64,000 bases of DNA from an uncultured Acidobacteriota bacterium (lineage in GTDB: Bacteria; Acidobacteriota; Thermoanaerobaculia; Multivoradales; JAGPDF01): contig CAWDOT010000004.1 in the NCBI GenBank assembly GCA_963803995.1, positions 91,093-155,092 on the forward strand. Reading direction: 5' to 3'. A model generated the notes under the pieces. It did not search any database. It was given only the letters and a program-made list of their open reading frames with translations, and was not told where the DNA came from. Below are positions 19,451 through 30,193 of the stretch, piece after piece. The translations under genes and the position numbers were made by a program. How positions within the stretch are numbered: the stretch's first letter is position 1; the number at the start of each line of letters is the position of its first letter.

Positions 19451-19526
19451 TGGTGGGCCCTGAGGGAATCGAACCCCCGACCATCTGGTTAAAAGCCAGC
19501 AGCTCTACCAACTGAGCTAAGGGCCC
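19451..19526 (-). tRNA. tRNA-Lys (anticodon UUU), CCA encoded
   Basis: The reverse complement reads GGGCCCTTAGCTCAGTTGGTAGAGCTGCTGGCTTTTAACCAGATGGTCGGGGGTTCGATTCCCTCAGGGCCCACCA, with a CTTTTAA anticodon loop. Confidence 0.9.
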
Positions 19527-19585
19527 GCGACCGGCGGGCATTCTACACGAGCCCGCCGGCCGTTCTCCGATTCATTTGCTTCGGG

Positions 19586-20356
19586 TCAGCCGCCGGCCTT
19601 CAGGGTCTTCAGCATCTCCTCGAACGCGGCGGTCTGCGCCCGGATCGTCGCCTCGGGGCCGGTCATCTTGAAGAACCAGTTCGCGTCGGGGCCGGGCGCC
19701 ACCGCGCCGAGCAGCGCGTAGCCCGGGCGCGCCTCGCCCGGGCCGCCCATCATCGAGCCGGCCATGAAGGTGCCGGCCGCCTCGACGATCAGCACCTTCG
19801 AGGTGCCGACGGCGAGCTCGCGCGTCTTCGCGCCCCCCGCGAGCGGCTGGCCGTCCGGACCGACGAACTGCGCCGCCCAGCGCTCGGCGTTCGACAGCGG
19901 GTCGCCGCCCTGGCCGGGGCCGAAGTAGAAGACGATGCACTCGGCCGCGCCGCCCGGGCCGGGCACCTTGTACTGCGCGCGCCGCATGTTGTTCGAGGGC
20001 GGCTCCGCGATCCATCCGTTCGGCGTCGCCCAGGACAGCCCCTTCTGCCCCTGCCCCTGGTTCGGGTCGACCGGCGGCAGCACCGGCGCGGCATCCATCG
20101 GCGGATGTCCGGCAGGCAGCGGCGGCTGCGCGGCGTGGGCGGGCGCCATCGGCGCCGAGCCCGACATCGCCGGAGCGGCCGCCGCCGGAGCGGGCTCGGC
20201 CTGGCCCGGCTGCTGCGCCGGCGCGGGCGCGCTCGTGGCCGCCGCCTTCGGGTCGGAAACCTGGACGTCCAGGCGCGGCTCGGAACCGCAAGCGCCGGCC
20301 GCGAGGGCGGCGCCGGCGACAAAAGTGAGAAGGGCAAGAGTTCTGGCTTGGATCAT
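19586..20356 (-). CDS. Hypothetical lipoprotein with Ala/Pro-rich linker
   Basis: GGGAGGAA sits upstream of the ATG. Signal + lipobox (LAAGACGS). C-terminal globular part (…YKVPGPGGAAECIVFYFGPGQGG…). I recognise no family. Confidence 0.5.
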   Translation of the reverse strand: MIQARTLALLTFVAGAALAAGACGSEPRLDVQVSDPKAAATSAPAPAQQPGQAEPAPAAAAPAMSGSAPMAPAHAAQPPLPAGHPPMDAAPVLPPVDPNQGQGQKGLSWATPNGWIAEPPSNNMRRAQYKVPGPGGAAECIVFYFGPGQGGDPLSNAERWAAQFVGPDGQPLAGGAKTRELAVGTSKVLIVEAAGTFMAGSMMGGPGEARPGYALLGAVAPGPDANWFFKMTGPEATIRAQTAAFEEMLKTLKAGG

Positions 20357-20483
20357 GATTCCTCCCGGAGAACCCGTAAGATACCCGGAATCCGCCGGCG
20401 TCGTCCAAACGCCGGCCACCCGCTCGCCGCAGGATCGCGCCCCCCGCGCGACGCCGCGCCGCGGTGAACGACCAGGAGGATGG

Positions 20484-21368
20484 ATGCCGAAGGAGTCCGG
20501 ACACCCGAGGGCGCGCAGCGCGCGACGATCGCTCGGTCTGCTGTCGATCGTCGCGCTCGCCGCGCTCGCCTGCGACGGGCGGCGTTCGACGCCGGAGATC
20601 AAGGTGACCACCGCGCCGACGAACGGTGCGACGCCGGCGGCGCCCGCCGCGACGGCCCCGGCCGCCCCGGTCCCCGGAGTTCCGGCGCCGCGCGTCGTCG
20701 GCTTCGATCCGCCCAACGGGGCGACCGACGTCGATCCCGCCCGCCCGACGCTCGCCGTGACTTTCGACCGCCCGATGGATCCGGAGGGGTGGGCCTGGGT
20801 GATCGAGCGCCCCGAGACCGCGCCCGAGCTGGGCGACTCGAGCTTCGACGCCACCCGCACCGTCAACACGGTCGCCGCGAAGCTCCAGCCCGGACACACC
20901 TACGTGGTCTGGATCAACTCGCCCCAGTACTCCTACTTCAAGGGCGCCGACGGCACGCCGGCGACGCCGGTGCGCTGGACCTTCACGACCCGCGGCGCCC
21001 CCGCGGCCGGCGCCGCTGCGCCGGCGCTGCTCTCGGCGCGCGACACCGCTCCGAAGCTCGTCGCGCTCGAACCGGCCAACGGCGCCACCGGGGTCGATCC
21101 CGCGCTCCCCCGCGTGCGCGCCACCTTCGACCGCGCGATGGACCAGAGCTGGTCCTGGGTGCGCGAATCGGAGTCGACCTTTCCCGCCACGACCGGGCCC
21201 GCCGCGTTCGAGGCGGACCGTCGCACCGCCTACCTGCCGGTCCGGCTCGAGCCGGGACGCACCTACGTGATCTGGCTCAACAGCGAGGAGTTCCAGCTCT
21301 TCCGCGACCTGTCGGGGCGCCCGGCCCCGCCGTTGCGCTGGACTTTCACCACCGCGCCGGCGCGCTAG
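20484..21368 (+). CDS. Secreted/lipoprotein with two SbsA-type bacterial Ig-like (Big_5-like) domains
   Basis: AGGAGGA upstream, and a signal with Cys (LAALACDG). Two repeats follow the pattern P(P/A)NGATxVDP...FDRxMD...W.F.T. Confidence 0.55.
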   Translation: MPKESGHPRARSARRSLGLLSIVALAALACDGRRSTPEIKVTTAPTNGATPAAPAATAPAAPVPGVPAPRVVGFDPPNGATDVDPARPTLAVTFDRPMDPEGWAWVIERPETAPELGDSSFDATRTVNTVAAKLQPGHTYVVWINSPQYSYFKGADGTPATPVRWTFTTRGAPAAGAAAPALLSARDTAPKLVALEPANGATGVDPALPRVRATFDRAMDQSWSWVRESESTFPATTGPAAFEADRRTAYLPVRLEPGRTYVIWLNSEEFQLFRDLSGRPAPPLRWTFTTAPAR

Positions 21369-21438
21369 ATCCCGCCCCGACGGGCGGCCGCTTCCGAAGG
21401 CCGGCCGGAGTAGCCTCTCCGGCCGAGGGGGGGTTCCA

Positions 21439-23722
21439 ATGCGAAGCTACGTCTCCGCGCTCGGTTCGCTCAAGCTCACCGTGGCGCTCCTGCTCCTGGT
21501 CGGCGTCGTGCTCGCCGCCGGGACCATCGTCGAATCCACGCGCGGCGCCGAGGCCGGCCGCGCCATCTATTACGCACCCTGGTTCTTCGGGCTCCAGGCG
21601 TTGTTCGCGCTGAACCTGCTCGCCGCGCTCTGGGAGCGCTGGCCGCGCAACCGCTGGCGGATCGGCTTCGCGATCACCCACACCTCGATGCTGGTGATCC
21701 TGGCCGGCGCGCTCGCCACCTACGCCTACAAGGTCGAGGGACGGCTGCCGCTCTGGGAGGGCCAGCAGAGCAGCGCGGTCTTCGTGGCGGACGGCGGCGG
21801 CGCGACGTTCGAGTTGCCCTACCAGGTCCGCCTCGACGCCTTCGAGATGGACTTCTACCCCGGCACCCGCCGCCCGGCGATGTTCCGCAGCCGGGTCACG
21901 GTGCTCGACCCGGCCGCGGGCGAACAGCCGGCGGTGATCGAGATGAACCAGCCGATGCACCGGGGCGGCTACTCCTTCTTCCAGAGCAGCTACCAGATCG
22001 ACCGGGGCCGCGAGATGACGATCCTGTCGGTTTCCCGGGATCCGGGACAGCCGATCGTCTTCGTCGGTTACACGCTCCTGGTGCTCGGCATGATCGTGGT
22101 GTTCGTGACCCGGCTCATTCAGCACGGGGCGATCGGCCGCGGCGCGGCGAAGACCGCCGCCGGGGTCGCCGTGGCGCTCGTCGCCGGCTCGCTCGGTCTG
22201 TTCGCTCCCGCTCCGGCCGCCGCCGCAGAAGTGCCGGACGCCGCGACCGCGGCGCGGCTGCGGAGTCTGCCCGTCCAGCACGACGGGCGCACCATGCCCT
22301 TCGACACCCAGGCGCGCGAGGCGATCTTCAAGGTCACCGGCAAGCGGGCCTGGCCGGGCATCGACCCGGTCGCGATGACCGCCGGCTGGGCTTTCGATCC
22401 GCAGGGCTGGCTCGAGGAGCCGGTGGTCAAGGTCAAGGGCACCGGCGTCGCCGAGGTGATCGGGCTGCCCTCCGGCACGCGCTACGCCAGCTTCCGCAAG
22501 CTGGTCGAGAGCGCCGGCCTGCGCGAAGCGGTCAGCGCCGCGCGCGCGCGCCAGGAGACCGAGGAGAAGCTCTCGCCGTTCGACAAGGACATCCAGGCGC
22601 TCGAGGAGCGGCTGATCCTGCTCGACGGCATCTTCCGCGGCACGGCGATCCTGCCGATCCCGGTCGCCGACCCGGTCGGCGCCTGGCAGCCCGCGCAGGG
22701 CGTCGGCTCGGCGGCCGCGCTCGCCGACGTCGGCGACCGCGTCCGCGCCTCGTCGCCGCCCAACTACCCGAGCCAGGACAAGATCGACCTCGAGCTCGCC
22801 TACAACGCCCGCCGCCCGACGCGGGTCGCCTGGATCCTGCTGGTGGCGGCGGCGATCGCCGCCGCGGTCACCCAGACCAGCGACCGCTTCCGCCTGAGCT
22901 GGGTGGCCGCGCTCGGCACCCTCGGCGGCTTCGCGGTGATCACCTGGGCGCTCGCTGCGCGCTGGCAGATCGCCGGACGGATCCCGGCGTCGAACATGTA
23001 CGAGTCGATGCTCTTCCTCGCCTGGGGCGTCGCGCTGTTCGGCGTGATCTCGGTCCTCGCGCGCCAGCGGATGCTGGTGCTCAACGCCGCCGCGACCTCG
23101 GCGCTCGCCACCCTGCTGCTCGACGTGCTGCCGATCGACCCGTTCATCCACCCGATGCCGCCGGTCCTCTCGGGGACGCCCTGGCTGGCGATCCACGTGC
23201 CGATCATCATGCTCGGCTACGCCAGCCTGGCGATGGTGACGCTCTTCGCCCATCTGGTGGTCGGCGTCGAGCTGTTCGCGAAGGGGCGGCCGCGAGCTCT
23301 CCGAGCGCTGGAGCCAGCTCGCCTACTGGTACACCCACGTCGGCTCGATCCTGCTGCTCGCCGGCATCCTGACCGGCTCGATCTGGGCCGCTTCGTCGTG
23401 GGGCCGCTACTGGGGCTGGGACCCGAAGGAGGTCTGGTCGCTGGTCGCGTTCCTCGCCTACATGGCGATCCTGCACGCCAGGTCGGATCTCCAGATCGGC
23501 GGCTTCGGCGTCGCGATCGCGTCGATCGCGGCCTTCTGGACCATCCTGATGACCTATCTCGGGGTGAACTTCGTGCTCGCCTCGGGCCTGCACTCCTACG
23601 GCTTCGGCAGCTCGAGCCTGGTGCGGATCATGGCGCTGATCGCCGCCGTCGAGGCCGGTTTCCTGATCGCCGCGACGCTCGCCCACCGCCGGCGTCTCGC
23701 CGCCGAGGGCGCGCGGGGCTGA
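21439..23722 (+). pseudogene. ccsBA: Cytochrome c biogenesis system II fusion CcsBA (ResB-like + CcsA); one frame switch near 23290 as assembled
   Basis: ResB-like N-terminus (MRSYVSALGSLKLTVALLLLVG...GGYSFFQSSY). The CcsA part has the WWD motif only after the shift (WAASSWGRYWGWDPKEVWSLVAFLAY). Stop at 23720-23722. Confidence 0.75.
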
Positions 23723-23738
23723 CGCCGCGCTACCCGGC

Positions 23739-25076
23739 TCAGGCGCCGCGCCCGGCCAGCACGGCGCCGAGCCGCTCCCCCAGCCAACCGTCGAGCGCGC
23801 CCTCGCGCACGATGGTCTCCTCCCGGCGCGGGCCGGTCGAGACGATCGCGACCCGCGCCCCGACCTCCTGCTCGAGCAGCTCGACGTAGTCGCGCGCTTC
23901 GCGCGGCAGGTCGCGCTCGTCGAGCAGGCCGACCGTCTCGCGCCGCCACCCCTTGACCGTCCGGTAGACCGGCTCGGCGCCCTCGAGCGTGTCGAGGCAG
24001 GAGGGAAAGTCGCGCAGCACCTCGCCCCGGTAGCGGTAGCCGACGCAGACCGGGATCTCCTCGAAGGCGTCGAGCACGTCGAGCTTGGTGAGCGCGAGCT
24101 GGCGCGCTCCGTTGAGGCGCACGGCGTAGCGCGCCGCCACCGCGTCGAACCAGCCGCAGCGGCGCGGCCGACCGGTCACCGTGCCGAACTCGTTGCCGCG
24201 CTTGCGCAGGAACTCGCCGACGTCGCCGGTGAGCTCGCCCGGGAAGGGGCCGCCGCCCACCCGCGTCGTGTAGGCCTTGACGATGCCGAGCACGCCGTCG
24301 ATCGCGGTCGGCGGCACGCCGGTGCCGGTCGAAGCGCCGCCCGCCGTGGGGTTCGAGCTGGTCACGAAGGGGTAGGTGCCGTGATCGACGTCGAGCAGCG
24401 AGCCCTGGGCGCCCTCGAACAGCAGGCTCCTGCCCGCGTCGAGCCAGCCGTGCAGGAGGTGCTCGGTGTTCGCCAGGTAGGGCGCGAGCCGCTCGGCCCA
24501 GGCGCGGCAGGAGTCCCCGATCCGCGCCGGCCCCCCCTCGATGCGCGGGGCGCCGAGGGCGTCGAGCTCGGGTTCGAGCCGCGACATCTGCGCGCGCAGC
24601 CGCTCCTCGAGCCGGGGCGAGGCGAGCTCGGAGAGGCGGACGCCGAAGCGCGCGATCTTCATCTCGTACGCCGGGCCGATGCCGCGGCCGGTGGTTCCCA
24701 CCTTGCCCGCACCCGCGGCCTGCTCGCGCGCCCGGTCGAGCTCGGCGTGCATCGGCAGCAGCGCCTGCGCGCGGTTGGAGAGCCAGAGGCGACCCTCCGT
24801 CGCGACCCCGGCAGCGTGGAGCTGGTCGAGCTCCTCGAAAAAGGCCTCGGGCGCGACCACCATGCCGTTGCCCATCACGCACTGCATCCCGGGATGGAGG
24901 ATGCCGGAGGGAATCAGGCGGAGGGCGAAATGGCGGTCGCCGAAGCGCACCGTGTGACCCGCGTTGTGGCCGCCCTGGTAGCGGACCACCGCGTCGAAGG
25001 CCGGGCAGAGCAGATCGACGATCTTCCCCTTGCCCTCGTCGCCCCACTGGATTCCGACCACGATCAGATTGGACAT
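23739..25076 (-). CDS. purA: Adenylosuccinate synthetase
   Basis: MSNLIVVGIQWGDEGKGKIVD, GGHNAGHT, TTGRGIGPAYEMK, GTVTGRPRRCGW. 445 aa, uninterrupted. Confidence 0.95.
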   Translation of the reverse strand: MSNLIVVGIQWGDEGKGKIVDLLCPAFDAVVRYQGGHNAGHTVRFGDRHFALRLIPSGILHPGMQCVMGNGMVVAPEAFFEELDQLHAAGVATEGRLWLSNRAQALLPMHAELDRAREQAAGAGKVGTTGRGIGPAYEMKIARFGVRLSELASPRLEERLRAQMSRLEPELDALGAPRIEGGPARIGDSCRAWAERLAPYLANTEHLLHGWLDAGRSLLFEGAQGSLLDVDHGTYPFVTSSNPTAGGASTGTGVPPTAIDGVLGIVKAYTTRVGGGPFPGELTGDVGEFLRKRGNEFGTVTGRPRRCGWFDAVAARYAVRLNGARQLALTKLDVLDAFEEIPVCVGYRYRGEVLRDFPSCLDTLEGAEPVYRTVKGWRRETVGLLDERDLPREARDYVELLEQEVGARVAIVSTGPRREETIVREGALDGWLGERLGAVLAGRGA

Positions 25077-25174
25077 CGCACGCTCCTCGCCTCCCGCCGA
25101 ACCGGCGGATGCTAGCATGCGCGCGTTCGGTGGCTCGACGCAACTGCAAGAAAAAGCTCGACTAAGGAGGTTCC

Positions 25175-26866
25175 ATGCGCACGTTCGTGGCGCTCGTCGG
25201 CCTGCTGCTGGTGGCGCGCGCGGTTCAGGGGGCGGAGGCGCCGGCGCGGGTGGCGGATCTGGTGGTCCGCAACGCCGCGATCTGGACCGGCGAGAAGGCG
25301 GTGCCCGAGGCGGAAGCGCTCGCGGTGGTCGGCGAGCGCCTCGTCGCGGTCGGCTCGGCGGCCGAGGTGGCGCCCTGGATCGGACCGGCGACGAAGGTGA
25401 TCGACCTCGGCGGCCGGCGCGTCGTGCCCGGCTTTATCGATGCCCACACCCATTTCGTCTCCGGCGGCTTCGCGCTGCTCGGCCTCGACCTGCGCCACAC
25501 GGCCTCGCCCGAGGAGTTCGCGCGCCGGATCGGCGCGGCCGCGGCCGAGCTCCCGCCGGGGCGCTGGCTCCGCCTCGGCTCCTGGGACCACGAGGTCTGG
25601 CCCGGCTCGCCGCTCCCCCGCCGCGACTGGATCGACGCCGCCACCGCCGGCGTGCCGGTCTTCCTCGAGCGGCTCGACGGCCACATGGGTCTCGCCAACT
25701 CGCGCGCGCTGGCGCTCGCGGGGATCACGAAGGCGACGCCCGACCCGCCCGGTGGCGAAATCGTCCGCGACCCGGCGACCGGCGAGCCGACCGGCATCCT
25801 GCGCGACGCCGCGATGAACTTCGTCGTCGCGAAGATCCCCCCCTTCACCGACGCGGAGTACGACGCGGCGCTCGCGGCGGCGCTCGCCGAGGCCGCCCGC
25901 GTCGGCGTGACCTCGGTCCAGGACATCACCCAGTGGGAGGAGGTGGCCGCCTTCGAGCGCGCGCGCGACCGGGGCGCGCTCACCGTGCGGGTCTACATGC
26001 GCACGCCGCTCGCCACCTGGGAGCGCCAGCGCGATCTCGTGCGCGCCGGCGGACCGGGCGACGACCGCCTCCGGTTCGGCGGCTTCAAGGCCTACATGGA
26101 CGGCTCGCTCGGCTCGACGACGGCGCTCTTCTTCGAGCCCTACGCCGACGCTCCGGGCTCCTCGGGCCTGCTCGCCGACGACTGGTTCCCCGAGGGCATC
26201 CTCCAGAAACGGATCGCCGCCGCCGACCGCGAGGGCTTCCAGGTCTCGGTCCACGCCATCGGCGAGCGCGCCAACGCGATGCTGCTCGACCTCTTCGGCC
26301 AGGCCGCCGCCGCCAACCCGGTCCGCGACCGCCGCTTCCGGATCGAGCACGCCCAGCACCTGCGGCCGCAGGAGCTCCGGCGTTTCGCGCAGCTCGGCGT
26401 GATCGCCTCGATGCAGCCGGTCCATCTCGCCGACGACGGGCGCTGGGCGGAGCACCGCCTCGGACCGGATCGCGTGAAGGGCAGCTACGCGTTCCGCGCG
26501 CTCGCGCTCAACGGCGCGCGGCTCGCATTCGGCACCGACTGGCCGGTCGCGCCGCTCGATCCGATGCCGGGGATCGCCGCCGCGGTCGGCCGTCGCACGC
26601 TCGACGGCAGGAACCCCGACGGCTGGATCCCCGGCCAGAAGATCCCCGCCGCCGCGGCGCTCGCCGCGTACACCGCGGGCAGCGCCTGGGCCGAGTTCGC
26701 CGAGGCGGACAAGGGGACGCTCGCCGCCGGCAAGCTCGCCGACTTCGTCGCGCTCTCCGCCGACCCGCTGGTGGCGCCGGTCGAGGCGCTCGCCGGAATC
26801 CGGGCCGAGCTGACCGTGGTCGGCGGCCGCGTCGTGCGCGATGCGACCGGCGGTGCGAAGCGGTAA
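25175..26866 (+). CDS. Secreted amidohydrolase-family (Amidohydro_3 / YtcJ-like) metallohydrolase
   Basis: Signal peptide (LLLVARAVQGAEA), metal-binding FIDAHTHFVSGG, and later HAIGERAN, IEHAQH, FGTDWPV blocks. 563 aa, uninterrupted. Confidence 0.75.
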   Translation: MRTFVALVGLLLVARAVQGAEAPARVADLVVRNAAIWTGEKAVPEAEALAVVGERLVAVGSAAEVAPWIGPATKVIDLGGRRVVPGFIDAHTHFVSGGFALLGLDLRHTASPEEFARRIGAAAAELPPGRWLRLGSWDHEVWPGSPLPRRDWIDAATAGVPVFLERLDGHMGLANSRALALAGITKATPDPPGGEIVRDPATGEPTGILRDAAMNFVVAKIPPFTDAEYDAALAAALAEAARVGVTSVQDITQWEEVAAFERARDRGALTVRVYMRTPLATWERQRDLVRAGGPGDDRLRFGGFKAYMDGSLGSTTALFFEPYADAPGSSGLLADDWFPEGILQKRIAAADREGFQVSVHAIGERANAMLLDLFGQAAAANPVRDRRFRIEHAQHLRPQELRRFAQLGVIASMQPVHLADDGRWAEHRLGPDRVKGSYAFRALALNGARLAFGTDWPVAPLDPMPGIAAAVGRRTLDGRNPDGWIPGQKIPAAAALAAYTAGSAWAEFAEADKGTLAAGKLADFVALSADPLVAPVEALAGIRAELTVVGGRVVRDATGGAKR

Positions 26867-26907
26867 GCTCCGCCGCACCTTTTCAATCCACCGGGGAGAG
26901 CGCCCGC

Positions 26908-28469
26908 ATGTTCTTCAAAGTCCCGTCGCTCCTGCTCAAGCAGCTCTACACCTTCGGCGCGCTCGCCAACGTCGACGGCGGCGTCCGGCTGGCGCTCAAG
27001 AACCGGCTGGGCGACGCCGCGGTGACCGGCATCCAGCGCATCGAGGTCGACGGCCGCGCGGTGCCGACCGAGCGGATCACGGTCGACCTCGGCGAGGGCC
27101 GGACGGTCGCGGCGAGCTCGATCTCCACCGAGACGCCGCTCGACTTTCCGCTCAAGCGCACCGTCCAGCTCGTGCTCGGCGGCATCGGACCGCTCGCCAA
27201 GGGCAACCACGAGATCGCCTTCGAGTTCGAGGCGAAGCCGTTCGGGGCGCTCCGCTTCAAGGTCAACGACGCGATCGCGGAGGAGGCGGTCCGGCGGACC
27301 CAGATCCCCTACTCGAAGGAGGACGACCACTCGCGGGAGTGGGCGGGCAAGCGGCGCGACTTCCTCGAAGGGCAGACCGGGGTGAAGCTCCAGCACGTCG
27401 ACAAGTTCTCCTTCGAACCGGCGCTCACGCGCGGCAACATCGAGAATTTCGTCGGCGTCGCGCAGGTGCCGATCGGGCTCGCCGGCCCGCTGCTGGTCAA
27501 CGGCGAGCACGCCCGGGGCGAGTTCGTGGTGCCGCTGGCGACCACCGAGGGCACGCTCGTCGCCTCCTACAGCCGCGGCATGAAGGTGCTCAACCTCGCG
27601 GGCGGGGTCACCTGCACGGTGATCGGCGACGCCATGCAGCGCGCGCCGGTGTTCGTGTTCGACTCGGCGCGCGAGGCGCGCGAGTTCGCGACCTGGATCG
27701 AGGAGAACATGGCGGCGATCCGCGAGCAGGCCGAAGTCGACCTCGTCCGTCGCCAAGCTGCTCTATATCGAGTCCTACCTGGCCTCCAAGTTCACCTACC
27801 TGCGCTTCAACTACTCGACCGGCGACGCGGCCGGGCAGAACATGGTCGGCCGCGCCACCTTCGCCGCCTGCTCCTGGATCCTCGAGCAGCCCGAGGTCGC
27901 CGAGCGCTGCCGCAAGTTCTACCTGGAGTCGAATCTCGCGACCGACAAGAAGGCGTCGCAGGTCAACATCATGCGCACGCGCGGCAAGCGGGTGGTGGCC
28001 GAAGCGACCATCCCGCGCGACGTCCTGGTCCAGCACATGCGGGTCGAGCCCGAGCAGCTCCACTACCACGCCGGCATCGCCAACGTCGGCACGTTCCTCT
28101 CCGGCGCCAACAACAACGGCGCCCACTCGCCCAACGGCATCACCGCGATGTTCATCGCCACCGGCCAGGACGTGGCCAACGTCTCGGAGTCCTCGGCGGG
28201 CATCGTCTACACCGAGCTCACGCCCGACCGCGACGCTCTACATGTCGATCACCATCCCGTCGCTGATCGTCGCCACCCACGGCGGCGGCACCGGCCTGCC
28301 GACCCAGCGCGAGTGCCTGGAGCTGCTCGGCTGCACCGGGCGCGGCAAGGTGAAGAAGTTCGCCGAGATCGTGGCCGGCGTCGCGCTCGCCGGCGAGATC
28401 TCGCTCGCTTCGGCCATCTCCTCGCTCGACTGGGTGTCGAGCCACGAGAAGTACGGCCGCAACCGCTGA
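26908..28469 (+). pseudogene. Class-I HMG-CoA reductase with an extra ~140-aa N-terminal domain; 2 frame switches (about 27740, 28235) as assembled
   Basis: Catalytic-domain motifs: IENFVGVAQVPIGLAGP, ATTEGTLVASYSRG, STGDAAGQNMV, ATHGGGTGL, DWVSSHEKYGRNR. The N-terminal part (MFFKVPSLLLKQLYTFGALANVDGG...AFEFEAKPFGALRFKV) is not part of any HMGR I know. Confidence 0.75.
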
Positions 28470-28480
28470 ACCGGGAGCGC

Positions 28481-30187
28481 ATGGCGGAGACTCCGCACGA
28501 CATCGCCCCGGACGCCGCGCGGACGCCGTCGCCCGCGCCGCCGCCCGGCGACCGCGTCGGCGACTTTCCGCTGCTGATCGAGACGAAGCCGCCCGGTCTC
28601 GTCGGGCGCTATTTCGTCACCCAGCGCCACGTCCTCGGCCTGGTGTTCGGCGGCATCCGCTCCTGGGTCCGGGCGCAGCAGCTGCCGCATCCGCGCCTGT
28701 TCGGGTTCGCGCGCCTGGTCTCGGCGCTCGCCTCGCCCTTCCTCGACCGCGCGCTGCGCGACCTGCCCTTCCCGGTCCAGCTGCGCCGGCGCCTCGAGAT
28801 CCTCGGCCCGACCTACATCAAGCTGGGACAGGTCCTCTCGCTGCGCGAGGACATCCTGCCCGCCGAGATCACCGACGAGCTCAAGCAGCTGCTCGACAAG
28901 CTGCCGGCGGTGCCGCTCGCGCGGCTGAAGGAGATCATCGAGGCGGACCTCGGCCGGCCGGTGGTCTCGATGTTCGACTGGATCGACCCCGATCCGCTCG
29001 GCTCCGCCTCGATCGGCCAGGTCCACGCCGCGCGCACGCTCGCCGGCGAGGACGTCATCGTCAAGGTGGTCAAGCCGGGCAACCGCGAGACGCTGCGCCG
29101 CGACACCATCCTGCTCAACCTGTTCGGGCGCTTCCTGCAGACTTTCCTCGAGCGCATCCAGCCGCGCCGGATCATCCGCGAGTTCACCGACTACACGCTG
29201 CGCGAGCTCGACCTGCGCCGCGAGGCCGACAACGCCGAGACGTTCGCGGCCAACTTCCGCGACCGCCCCGACATCGTCTTTCCGAAGATCTACCGCGAGT
29301 ACTCCGGACGCGACGTGGTGACGATGGAGTACTTCCGGGGCGACAAGCCGAACTCCGAGGCCGCGCAGGCGCTCTCCGAATCCGACCGCGACAAGCTGGT
29401 CGACCTCGGCGCCGAGGCGATCATCCGGATGCTCTACCGGGACGGCTTCTTCCACGCCGACCTGCACCCCGGCAATCTCATGATCCTGCCCGGGGCGAGG
29501 ATCGGCTTCATCGACCTCGGCATGGTCGGCCGCTTCACCGAGGAGCTCAAGCGGACGCTGATGTACTACTACTACTGCCTGGTGATGGGCGACTCCGAGA
29601 ACGCCGCGCGCTATCTCGCGATGGTCGCCCAGCCCGGCCGCAAGGGCGACGTGCAGGGCTTCCGCCGCGAGGTCGAGGAGATCTGCCGGCGCTGGTCGAA
29701 GACCTCGAACTTCCGGGAGTATCCGCTGGCCCGGCTGATCCTGATGTCGGTCGCGCAGGGCGCCCGCTTCAACATGTACTTCCCGGTCGAGACGGTGCTG
29801 ATGGTCAAGGCCCTGGTCACCTTCGAGGGCGTCGGCCAGATCCTCAAGCCGGGCTTCGACGTCGCCTCGATCTCCCAGAAGCACGTCAACGCCATCTTCC
29901 TGCACCAGTTCTCGCCGCTGCGTCTGGCCAAGGACAGCCTGCGCGGGGCGCCCGAGCTGGTCGAGGCGCTGTCGAAGGCGCCGATGCTGATCACCGAAGG
30001 GCTGCGCGTGCTCGAGCACGCCACGCGCAGGCCCCAGGAGAACCCGCTCGCCGGCCTGCACACGACGCTGCTCGCCGGCTCGAGCCTGATCGCCGCCGCG
30101 ATCCTGCTCGCCTTCGGCGGCCCCTGGTACGCCTGGGCGGGGCTGCTGGCTCTCGCGCTGGTCTTCGCGCTCTGGCCGCGGCGTTGA
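28481..30187 (+). CDS. ABC1/UbiB-family atypical kinase with C-terminal TM helices
   Basis: GPTYIKLGQVLS, LGSASIGQVHAA, VKVVKPG, FHADLHPGNLMI, IDLGMVG. 568 aa, uninterrupted. Confidence 0.8.
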   Translation: MAETPHDIAPDAARTPSPAPPPGDRVGDFPLLIETKPPGLVGRYFVTQRHVLGLVFGGIRSWVRAQQLPHPRLFGFARLVSALASPFLDRALRDLPFPVQLRRRLEILGPTYIKLGQVLSLREDILPAEITDELKQLLDKLPAVPLARLKEIIEADLGRPVVSMFDWIDPDPLGSASIGQVHAARTLAGEDVIVKVVKPGNRETLRRDTILLNLFGRFLQTFLERIQPRRIIREFTDYTLRELDLRREADNAETFAANFRDRPDIVFPKIYREYSGRDVVTMEYFRGDKPNSEAAQALSESDRDKLVDLGAEAIIRMLYRDGFFHADLHPGNLMILPGARIGFIDLGMVGRFTEELKRTLMYYYYCLVMGDSENAARYLAMVAQPGRKGDVQGFRREVEEICRRWSKTSNFREYPLARLILMSVAQGARFNMYFPVETVLMVKALVTFEGVGQILKPGFDVASISQKHVNAIFLHQFSPLRLAKDSLRGAPELVEALSKAPMLITEGLRVLEHATRRPQENPLAGLHTTLLAGSSLIAAAILLAFGGPWYAWAGLLALALVFALWPRR

Positions 30188-30193
30188 CCGCCG

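Noticed and set aside
19242-19585. A genomic island or prophage integration at the tRNA-Glu/tRNA-Lys pair.
   Set aside because: There is no integrase, no direct repeat of a tRNA 3' end, and no compositional shift on either side.
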